In this document: one piece after another, positions 28,391 through 35,812 of the stretch | Layout of the letters: each line of letters begins with the position of its first letter | Numbering within the stretch: position 1 is the first letter of the stretch | Assembly: GCA_035687745.1 (NCBI GenBank) | Contig: DASRVA010000183.1 | Coordinates: forward strand, 1-59,872 | Direction of reading: 5' to 3' | DNA: 59,872 nucleotides | Source of the DNA: Gemmatimonadota bacterium | GTDB taxonomy: Bacteria; Gemmatimonadota; Gemmatimonadetes; JACCXV01; JAHWKZ01 | Position numbers and translations under genes: made by a program | Notes under the pieces: generated by a model | What the model saw: the letters and a program-made list of their open reading frames with translations, nothing else | Databases searched by the model: none | Told to the model about the DNA's origin: nothing

Positions 28391-29650
28391 TCAGGCGGCC
28401 ACCTCGGCGGGCGTCGGCCTCGCCGCCGTGGGAACGACCACGGCGTCCTCGACCGAGGCCGTCGACGGCATCCGTTCCGCCAGGGCGGCCGCCCGCTGCT
28501 CCAGGTCCTGCAGCACGTTCATGAAGGCCACGAACGCGTCGTACGGCGTCTCGAAGGGGCTGAAGTAGGCGTGGACGCCGCCATCGTCCCAGTCCTTGGT
28601 CGACATGTAGTAGACGTGGTCGCTCGTCGTGAGCCGTCGCCAGCGGCCGATGAGCTCTTCGTCACGCGTGGCCAGAACCTCCGGTCGCAGTCGATAGAGG
28701 CGCTCGTGGGCGGCCTGCTGAAGACGGTTTCCGAGCCATGCGCTGACGTCGCGCTCGCTGTCGGCCCAGGAGGTCGGCCGCGGGAAGGAGAGCCGTGCGA
28801 CCGGGGGGCGGTCGAGCACCTCCGACGGCGTGAGGGTCGAGAGTCCCCGCCGCTCGAGCTCACCCGGAAGAGCCTTCAGGAACGCGAAGATCCCCGTCTC
28901 CTCCCACTGGTGCTCGCCGAACGTCTCGTAGTCCAGAAAGAGATGGGCGGAGTCGCCCCCGCTGCCGGCGATCCAGTCGGCGTACTTGTCGGCCGTGAGC
29001 GGCCACCCGCTCCAGCCCCGTGCACCGAAGCGGAAGCCGACGTCGTCGCTGAGCCGGTAGTTGCGGGGCAGGATGCGCAAGCTTGGCGCGGACTCCGCTG
29101 CGTAGACGAAGTTCGGCGAGCGCCACCCCAGGATCTGGTCCGCGCCCTCGACGAGGGCGCCCCGGAAACCCAGCCGCTCGATCGTCGAGGCCAGGGGATC
29201 GAAGTACACGAGCTCCGTGTTGCGGAAGACGCGCGGGCAGCCCCCGAACACGCGCGCGACCGTCTGCCGGTGGAGCCGGACCTGGGCTTCGAACTCCTCC
29301 TCGTGCGCGAGCGCCGACAGGGAGTGGTGGTAGGTCTCGCCCAGCACCTCGACGCCGCCCGTCGCGACCAGACCCTGAAAGCTCTCGAGCGCCTCCGGTG
29401 CCTCGGCCTCGAGCTGCTCGATCAGGACCCCGCTCAAACTCAGGGCGAGCCGGAAGCGGCCGTCCGTCCGGCGAATCAGCTCGGCGAGCAGCCGGTTCGT
29501 CGGGATGTAGCATTTCTCGGCCACCCGGCGCACGATCGCGCGATTGGCCTCGTCGTCGAACCAGCGGCCGCCGTTCCCGATGTCGAAAACACGGAATCGG
29601 GAGAGCCGGTACGGCTGGTGGACCTGGGCGTAGAGGACGACGTCAGGCAT
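28391..29650 (-). CDS. Glycoside hydrolase family 57 (alpha-amylase-like)
   Basis: QVHQPYRL, ETYHHSL, FRNTEL, NYRLSDDVGFRF, DYETFGEHQW, TSDHVYYM. Confidence 0.93.
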   Translation of the reverse strand: MPDVVLYAQVHQPYRLSRFRVFDIGNGGRWFDDEANRAIVRRVAEKCYIPTNRLLAELIRRTDGRFRLALSLSGVLIEQLEAEAPEALESFQGLVATGGVEVLGETYHHSLSALAHEEEFEAQVRLHRQTVARVFGGCPRVFRNTELVYFDPLASTIERLGFRGALVEGADQILGWRSPNFVYAAESAPSLRILPRNYRLSDDVGFRFGARGWSGWPLTADKYADWIAGSGGDSAHLFLDYETFGEHQWEETGIFAFLKALPGELERRGLSTLTPSEVLDRPPVARLSFPRPTSWADSERDVSAWLGNRLQQAAHERLYRLRPEVLATRDEELIGRWRRLTTSDHVYYMSTKDWDDGGVHAYFSPFETPYDAFVAFMNVLQDLEQRAAALAERMPSTASVEDAVVVPTAARPTPAEVAA

Positions 29651-30896
29651 GGACTCGCTCCCGGATAGCCTGGGCGTAGGTCTCGGCGGTCAAGCGTGCC
29701 GGCTCGTCCAGACCGAACTGGGGACCGGCGATCTCCATCCGGCCCCGCTCGCTGAGCTCCTGTCGCAGGATGGGATGACGCAGGATGCCGACTACCTGGT
29801 CGGTCATTCGATCGATGTCCCAGAAGTCGGCGCGGAAGGCGTTGCGGACGACCTCGGCCGCCCCCGACTCGCGCGGGATGACGCAAGGGGTGCCGGCCCG
29901 GAGGCTCTCCAGGACGACCAGGCCGAAGGGCTCGCTGACCGACGGCATGACGCAGACCGCGGCCATCCGGAAGGCGCGCTCGACGTCGGGGCCGGTCAGC
30001 CCGCCCGCCACGTGCAGGCGGTCGGCCAGGCCGAGCTCGACGCCGCGCTCGATGATCCGGGGCAGCATGTCCCCGGTTCCGGCGATGACGAAGCGCGCTT
30101 CCGGCACGTGACGGGCGACACGTCCCGCGACTTCGATGAAGTAGTCGGGTCCCTTCTGGCGCGTGACCCGGCCGATGAAGAGAACGACCGGCTCGTCCTC
30201 GGGGAATGGGCTCGGGGGCGTGGACTCGTCGAGCGCCGGACGCTCGTCGATCCCCCACGGGATCACGTCCACGCGCGCCTCGTCGATCCCGTAGCCGCGC
30301 ACGACCTGCCGGCGCATCCAGCGGCTGTTGCAGATCACCCGGTCGGCCGCGGCCAGTCCCTCCCGCTCGCGGCGCTGGATCTCGGGGTTGGCGCCCTCGA
30401 AGGAGCGGTCGTGCTCGGTGGCGTGGAGATGAGCGACCAGGGGTCTCGCGGACACGGCCCGCGCGCGAAGCCCCGCCTCGTACGTGATCCAGTCGTGGCA
30501 GTCGATGACGTCGTGGGGCTCCTCGCGTGCGATCTCCGCGGCGGCGGCGGTGAAGCGCTCGACCTCCTCGAACAGGTTCCAGCCGTAGGGAAGGAAGGCG
30601 CCTCGCGCGCCCGGATCCCCGACCCGCTCCTCCAGGGTGACCGCTTCGGGGCCTGCGTAGGGAAGCAGGGGCGAGTCGATGACGATCCGCCTGAGGCGGG
30701 TCATGCGGTCGCGGCTGCTGACCAGGCGCAGGCGTGGGACGGGGGACCGGGCCGCCGGGAAGGGGACGACCAGCGTCACGTCGACGCCCCTGCGGAGGAG
30801 GCCCTTCACGAGCCCCAGGGTGGCGGTCGCCAGGCCGCCTGCCTGGTAAGGCGGAAATTCCCATCCGAACATGAGCACGCGCACCGGGACTCCCAT
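29643..30896 (-). CDS. Glycosyltransferase family 4 (glycogen synthase-like)
   Basis: VLMFGWEFPP, DCHDWIT, HATEHDRS, QKGPDYF, SEPFGLV. Start set to ATG 30896 because the promoter at 30921 lies inside the longer ORF-track extension. Confidence 0.92.
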   Translation of the reverse strand: MGVPVRVLMFGWEFPPYQAGGLATATLGLVKGLLRRGVDVTLVVPFPAARSPVPRLRLVSSRDRMTRLRRIVIDSPLLPYAGPEAVTLEERVGDPGARGAFLPYGWNLFEEVERFTAAAAEIAREEPHDVIDCHDWITYEAGLRARAVSARPLVAHLHATEHDRSFEGANPEIQRREREGLAAADRVICNSRWMRRQVVRGYGIDEARVDVIPWGIDERPALDESTPPSPFPEDEPVVLFIGRVTRQKGPDYFIEVAGRVARHVPEARFVIAGTGDMLPRIIERGVELGLADRLHVAGGLTGPDVERAFRMAAVCVMPSVSEPFGLVVLESLRAGTPCVIPRESGAAEVVRNAFRADFWDIDRMTDQVVGILRHPILRQELSERGRMEIAGPQFGLDEPARLTAETYAQAIRERVHA

Positions 30897-30920
30897 CCGT
30901 CTCAAGGTGATGCTCACCGT

Positions 30921-30946
30921 AATGCGGGCCGCGCGGGCGCGGTTCC
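30921..30946 (-). promoter_or_regulatory. ECF-type promoter GGAACC-N16-CATT upstream of the GT4-GH57-anti-sigma operon
   Basis: GGAACC gcgcccgcgcggcccg CATT. Confidence 0.8.
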
Positions 30947-31030
30947 GAGGCTTCTGGGGGCGGGACCCGCGACGGCGCATTCGGTCGCCGCCGCGGGGCA
31001 AGGGGCGGGACGGTTGCGGGGAGAATCGGA

Positions 31031-31450
31031 TCAGGCCAGGCGGCCTACCCGGGACGTCGTGGCCACGGTCAGCGCGGCCGCCATGAGGACCAGATCCTTG
31101 AGCAGGAACTCACCGGCCAGGGTCAATTTCGGGAAGCCCGCCTCGCCGTAGCTCACGGCGGGGGCGATCACGAAGATCGTGAGCGTCCCCACGAAGAGGC
31201 CGGCGACGAAGATGCCGACCAGCGGGAGCGCGACGCCGGCGATCAGGAGGATCGCGGCCAGGACCTCCAGCGCCCCCAGCAGATACACGAAGCCGGCCGA
31301 GGCCAGGAACGGCAGCGAGGCCTCGAGCAGACCGACCACCGGGCTCGGGTCGACGAATTTGAGGGCCCCGATCCAGAGCAGGACGATGGCCAGGCTCAGT
31401 CGCAGGAACGTCGGGGAAACGCGGTTCAGTAGACGCATCAGATCCTCCAT
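31031..31450 (-). CDS. DUF417 (YkgB/RclC-like) membrane protein
   Basis: LRLSLAIVLLWIGALKF...LGALE...GEFLLKDLVL. Confidence 0.8.
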   Translation of the reverse strand: MEDLMRLLNRVSPTFLRLSLAIVLLWIGALKFVDPSPVVGLLEASLPFLASAGFVYLLGALEVLAAILLIAGVALPLVGIFVAGLFVGTLTIFVIAPAVSYGEAGFPKLTLAGEFLLKDLVLMAAALTVATTSRVGRLA

Positions 31451-31495
31451 CTCTCCTCCAGGGCTGGTTCATCCGGCGTTTGATTCGTGAGCCGG

Positions 31496-31521
31496 AATGA
31501 GGGCGGGGCCGGTAAGGTTCC
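31496..31521 (-). promoter_or_regulatory. ECF-type promoter GGAACC-N16-CATT upstream of the DUF417 gene
   Basis: GGAACC ttaccggccccgccct CATT. Confidence 0.8.
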
Positions 31522-31531
31522 CCGGTCGGGC

Positions 31532-32326
31532 TCAGCCGGTGACGGCCTGGGCCAGGTTTCGATAGCTGCCGCCGTCCCGGCGGGCGGCATGCCTCAAGGT
31601 CCCGTGGACGAGCCGGGACGCCGTCCTGGTGCGGGCGGCGCGGGGCGCCGGCCGGGCGGCATCGGCCGCCGCCGGCGCGATCTCCTCGCGGTCGAGGCCG
31701 AGGATCTGCACGGGGACCCAGCCGAACCCTTCCACCGGCTCGGAGAGCCCGATCGCCCTCGCCCGCTTCCAGCTCGGGAGCGCGCGGGTCATCGCCTCGG
31801 TCACCAGCACGTATTCCGGATACGGCGAGGAGTTCTTGAGAAGGCGGTAGGCCAGGATCACCGACGGGCCCAGGAGATCGGGTCGCTTCCCCGGCGTGAT
31901 GACGGTCTCGCCGGCGTGGGCGACGAACTTGAGCCGCAGATCGCGGAGCCCCTCGCAGGCCGAGCAATCGCAGACCCGCTCGGCTTCGATCCGGGCCTGC
32001 TCGCGGACGAAGGATTCCAGGAGCCGGGGGACCGATTCAAGGACGGCCCGTCGCGCCGTGAGCGTGTCGGGCCGGCAGAAGAAGAGGCTGCAGTCGCCTG
32101 TAGCCCGACCCCGCTCGAGCGGCACGTCCGGCGTCCGTGCGACGGCGTGAAGCAGAAGATCGATCAAGGTCTGGGCGTGGAGCAGGCTGATCCGGGGCAT
32201 CCTGAGGAAGCTCGTGTAGCCCCCGATGTCGGCGAGGAGGACGACCACGGGCTCGACGGTGGGCGCCTCGAAGCGCGGACCCGTTGCGGGCGGTTTCGGT
32301 TTGTGGGGTCGGGCCGCTGCGGACAA
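31532..32326 (-). CDS. DUF2652-like protein (class III cyclase-like fold)
   Basis: TTG 32326 after AGGAGGTG. LLADIGGYTSF, GDCSLFF, CDCSAC, LKFVAHAG, LLGPSVILAYRLLKN. Confidence 0.75.
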   Translation of the reverse strand: MSAAARPHKPKPPATGPRFEAPTVEPVVVLLADIGGYTSFLRMPRISLLHAQTLIDLLLHAVARTPDVPLERGRATGDCSLFFCRPDTLTARRAVLESVPRLLESFVREQARIEAERVCDCSACEGLRDLRLKFVAHAGETVITPGKRPDLLGPSVILAYRLLKNSSPYPEYVLVTEAMTRALPSWKRARAIGLSEPVEGFGWVPVQILGLDREEIAPAAADAARPAPRAARTRTASRLVHGTLRHAARRDGGSYRNLAQAVTG

Positions 32327-32356
32327 GTTGATCACCTCCTGGTTTCGAGCCCTTGA

Positions 32357-32382
32357 AATGACGGCTGGCGACCCGCGGTTCC
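32357..32382 (-). promoter_or_regulatory. ECF-type promoter GGAACC-N16-CATT upstream of the DUF2652 gene
   Basis: GGAACC gcgggtcgccagccgt CATT. Confidence 0.8.
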
Positions 32383-32434
32383 CCAAAGTCCACGGGTCGA
32401 GTCCCCGGACGGAATCCCAATGAAAGGATGGCGA

Positions 32435-32902
32435 ATGAGCCACGAAGCGGTGATCGAGCTCCTCCGGCGGCCCTGCGATCCCGAGGAGTACCGTCAGATC
32501 CGCGAGCTGTGGAAGAGGCACTCGCTGGCCGAGGACGGCCGCGACGTGGAGGGGTTGGTCTCGACCCTGACCCCCGACTGCGTCTACGAGGTCGTCCCGA
32601 CCGGGCACCGCTGGGAGGGTCACGACGGGGCGCGGCGGTTCTACACGCAGCTGCTCAGCGCCTTCCCCGACGTCATCTTCGACCTGACCAACATCGTGAT
32701 CGGGCCCCAGGGGGTGTGCGAGGAAGCGCTCCTGGCAGGGACGCACGCCGCCGACTGGCTCGAGTTTCGGGCCACCGGGCGTCGGGTCGCGTTCGCCGTC
32801 GTCATCTTCTTCCCCTGGGATCCGGAAAGGCGGCTGTTCATGGGAGAGCGCGTCCACTTCGATCCGCAAGAGGCGGGACTCTCGTCCAAAGGCCCCCGCT
32901 GA
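32435..32902 (+). CDS. SnoaL-like ester cyclase (NTF2 fold)
   Basis: HSLAEDGRDVEGLVSTL...FYTQLLSAFPD...GERVHFD. Alternative ATG 32420. Confidence 0.85.
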   Translation: MSHEAVIELLRRPCDPEEYRQIRELWKRHSLAEDGRDVEGLVSTLTPDCVYEVVPTGHRWEGHDGARRFYTQLLSAFPDVIFDLTNIVIGPQGVCEEALLAGTHAADWLEFRATGRRVAFAVVIFFPWDPERRLFMGERVHFDPQEAGLSSKGPR

Positions 32903-32915
32903 CGCCGCCAACTCG

Positions 32916-32944
32916 TTGAAATCCTCCGAGGTCCCGCCTATCGT
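32916..32944 (+). promoter_or_regulatory. Sigma70-like promoter TTGAAA-N17-TATCGT for the TonB receptor-trehalase unit
   Basis: Read directly, about 108 nt upstream of ATG 33053. Confidence 0.55.
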
Positions 32945-33052
32945 GGAGTGGGGGACACCGGGTGGAGTCGCACTCGGTCGCTCCGGAATGTGTGGTGCAA
33001 CTACAGCGTTCACGAGAGGAAAGGAGAAACTGCCGCGGGAAAGGAGACGGTC

Positions 33053-35737
33053 ATGACGCAATTCTCTCGGTTGCTGCTTCCCCTCCTTGTATCGATTCCG
33101 ATCTTCGCCGTTCTCCCTCGGGCCGCTTCCGCCCAGACGGGTACGGTGTCCGGCACGGTCGTCGACGAGCAGGGCCAGCCGATCCCGCTCGCGACCGTGG
33201 TCGTCGAAGGGACGAACCTGGGCGCCGTGACCGACGAGAACGGTGCGTACGTCATTCGTGAGGTCCCGGCGGGCCCGCAGACGATGGTGGCCCGGGCGTT
33301 CGGCTACCGGATGCAGGCGGAGACCGAAGACGTCTCGGCCGGCGGCGATGAGAGCCAGGGCTTCGTGCTCGCCCAGGACTATCTGGGCATGGAGACGATC
33401 GTCGCGACCGCGCAGCGCGAACCCCGCATCAAGCTCGAGACGAGCACCGCGATCACGACACTCCAGCCGCAGGACATCGAGCGCGCGGCACCCCGAAGCA
33501 CGGCCGACCTGCTCAAGGTGGTCCCCGGCTTCTACGTGGAGAGCTCGGGCGGAGAGGTGGGCGGAAACCTCTTCGCACGCGGTCTCCCGGCCGACGGATC
33601 GTTCCGCTACGTGGCGCTGCTCGAAGACGGGATGCCGGTCTACGATTCGACGGAGCTGTCGTTCGTCAACGCCGATATCTTCGTCCGACTCGACAACAAC
33701 ATCCGCCAGATCGAAGCCGTGCGGGGCGGAAGCGCGGCGCTCTTCGGCAGCAACGCCCCCGGCGGGCTGATCAACTTCCTCAGCAAGACGGGGGGCCCGC
33801 AGACATCGGGGATCCTGACCTTCGAGGGTGGCGAGGCGGGGATGTTCAAAGTCGACGCCAACGTCAACGGGCCGGTCGGGGAAACCGACTGGCGCTACAG
33901 CGTGGGCGGCTTCTACCGCAGCGATGACGGCATCCGGGATCCCGGCTTCACCGCCTCCGAGGGCGGACAGATCAAAGCCAACATCGGACGGGTGTACGGC
34001 AACGGCTATGTGCGCTTCTACGGCAGGGCGCTCTTCGACAGCAACATCTTCTATCTACCGCTGCCGATCCAGAACCCGACCGACCCCGAATTCGTCTCCG
34101 GATTCCCCGACGACGGGACGCTGACCAGCGAGGAGGGGGTCGGCAAAGTGGTTCCGCTCCCCGACGGAGACGAGCTCGTTCTCGAACTGGATGACGGCCA
34201 GCGGCAGGAGGGCGCCTGGATCCAGGCGGATCTGGGGTACGACCTCGGCGGCGGCTGGTCGATCGAGAACAAGTTCCGATACATGGACGTGGATCACTAC
34301 TGGAACGCGATGCTCCCGTTCGAGCTCGTCGACGCCAACGACTGGGCGGCGGGGTTCGTGGAGGATACTCCGGAGGGTGCGGGCTTCCGACTGACGTTCG
34401 CCGACGGCGGACAGTCGTTCGACACGCCCAACGACCTGCTGAGCCTCGGCGGCCAGTGGTTCGTCCAGATTCCGATGTCCGACGTCTCCGACCAGCTCCA
34501 GCTCACCAAGCAGGTCGGCCGTCACGACATCACGGTCGGAACCTATCTCAGCCGCTACGAGGCCGACCCCAACTGGAACTTCAACGACATGGTCACGAAC
34601 GTGGAGAACGCCCCGCGCTTCGTGGATCTCGAGATCCTGAACGAGGCCGGTGAAGTGGTCCGCGAGGTCACCAACGAGGGCTTCCGCCAGTACCTGTCGC
34701 TGTACGTGAACGCCGAGCAGAGCACGACCGTGGCCGCTCTCTTCGCCGGTGACGAGATCGCGCTGGGCGACCGCTTCGACCTGGATGTTGGAGTACGGTA
34801 CGAGCACAACACGTTCGACATCCGGACCGAGGAGACCGGCTCGTTCGACGTCGCGGGCGGAACCGATGCGCACACGGGCCTCAACTTCGGAACCGGCGAG
34901 TTCGACGAGTTCGAGCGCGACTTCGAGGAGCTGGCCTTCTCGGTGGGCGGGGACTATCAGATCAGCGATCAGGTCTCCATCTATGGGCGCGGGACGAACG
35001 GCTTCAAGATGCCGATCATGGACAACGTGCGAAGCGCGGGCGCGAGCGGCGTGCTCGAGCCCGAGGACGTAGCGCAGGTCGAGGGCGGGATCAAGGTCGG
35101 TTCGCCCAAGGTCGGCCTCTCGGCCGTCGCCTACTGGCTCGAGATCCAGGATTTTCCGAGCGGGGACGTCCAGATCGATCCGGAGACCGGCGAGACCGAG
35201 TTCGTCACCCGCTTCGCGGGGGAGGCGCGGACGATCGGGACGGAGATCGAGGTCGTGGCGGCACCGATCCCGGCGCTCCGGCTGAACGGCACAGCGACCT
35301 TTCAGAACCCCGAATACACCGATTTCTTCACCGAGGTGGGCGGGGAGTGCCAGAATCCGGCCGGGACCCTTTGCGACATCTCGGGCAATCGCGTGCGCCG
35401 GATTCCACAGACGATCTTCGAGGTCGGCGCCGCCTTCGACGTCGGGAACCTGACGCTGAACGGCGATGTCAACTTCGTCGGGGAGCGGTTCTCGAACAAC
35501 GAGAACACGATCGTCCTGGAGAGCTACTCGATCCTCGATCTGGGGGCGGCGTATCGCATCCCGGACTTCGGGGTGACCGCCCGAGTGGATCTCAGCAACG
35601 TGACCGACGAGGGCGCCAACGCGCTCACGGAGGGAAATCCCAGAATCGACGAGAGCGTGGGCGCCCAGAGCACGCTCTTTCTCGCCCGGCCCGTTCTCCC
35701 GCGGCGGGTGACGGCGGGGATCAGCTACGAGTTCTGA
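33053..35737 (+). CDS. TonB-dependent receptor, probably for a sugar (trehalose/glucoside)
   Basis: Signal peptide, carboxypeptidase-regulatory-like domain, plug (IVATAQR...IEAVRGGSAALFG), barrel ending ISYEF; followed by trehalase. Confidence 0.93.
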   Translation: MTQFSRLLLPLLVSIPIFAVLPRAASAQTGTVSGTVVDEQGQPIPLATVVVEGTNLGAVTDENGAYVIREVPAGPQTMVARAFGYRMQAETEDVSAGGDESQGFVLAQDYLGMETIVATAQREPRIKLETSTAITTLQPQDIERAAPRSTADLLKVVPGFYVESSGGEVGGNLFARGLPADGSFRYVALLEDGMPVYDSTELSFVNADIFVRLDNNIRQIEAVRGGSAALFGSNAPGGLINFLSKTGGPQTSGILTFEGGEAGMFKVDANVNGPVGETDWRYSVGGFYRSDDGIRDPGFTASEGGQIKANIGRVYGNGYVRFYGRALFDSNIFYLPLPIQNPTDPEFVSGFPDDGTLTSEEGVGKVVPLPDGDELVLELDDGQRQEGAWIQADLGYDLGGGWSIENKFRYMDVDHYWNAMLPFELVDANDWAAGFVEDTPEGAGFRLTFADGGQSFDTPNDLLSLGGQWFVQIPMSDVSDQLQLTKQVGRHDITVGTYLSRYEADPNWNFNDMVTNVENAPRFVDLEILNEAGEVVREVTNEGFRQYLSLYVNAEQSTTVAALFAGDEIALGDRFDLDVGVRYEHNTFDIRTEETGSFDVAGGTDAHTGLNFGTGEFDEFERDFEELAFSVGGDYQISDQVSIYGRGTNGFKMPIMDNVRSAGASGVLEPEDVAQVEGGIKVGSPKVGLSAVAYWLEIQDFPSGDVQIDPETGETEFVTRFAGEARTIGTEIEVVAAPIPALRLNGTATFQNPEYTDFFTEVGGECQNPAGTLCDISGNRVRRIPQTIFEVGAAFDVGNLTLNGDVNFVGERFSNNENTIVLESYSILDLGAAYRIPDFGVTARVDLSNVTDEGANALTEGNPRIDESVGAQSTLFLARPVLPRRVTAGISYEF

Positions 35738-35760
35738 ACCGACAGCTCTTGTACCTCACC

Positions 35761-35792
35761 CGACGGGGCGCGCCTTGAGACGCGCCCCGTCG
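35761..35792 (+). terminator. Perfect 12-bp hairpin between receptor and trehalase (no U-tract; stabiliser or partial terminator)
   Basis: cgacggggcgcg-ccttgaga-cgcgccccgtcg. Confidence 0.6.
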
Positions 35793-35812
35793 CCGTTGTG
35801 GAGCGGGTGGCC

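Noticed and set aside
30897-31001. Arg-rich N-terminal extension of the GT4 protein
   Set aside because: It spans the ECF promoter at 30921-30946, so the downstream ATG 30896 is more consistent.
32995-33015. Possible LacI-type operator in the TonB receptor leader
   Set aside because: Only one half-site (AGCGTTCAC) fits, there is no symmetry, and no LacI gene is in the window.
32327-33061. N-terminal extension of the DUF2652 ORF
   Set aside because: Antisense to the SnoaL gene and crosses the promoter. The TTG with a perfect SD at 32326 is preferred.
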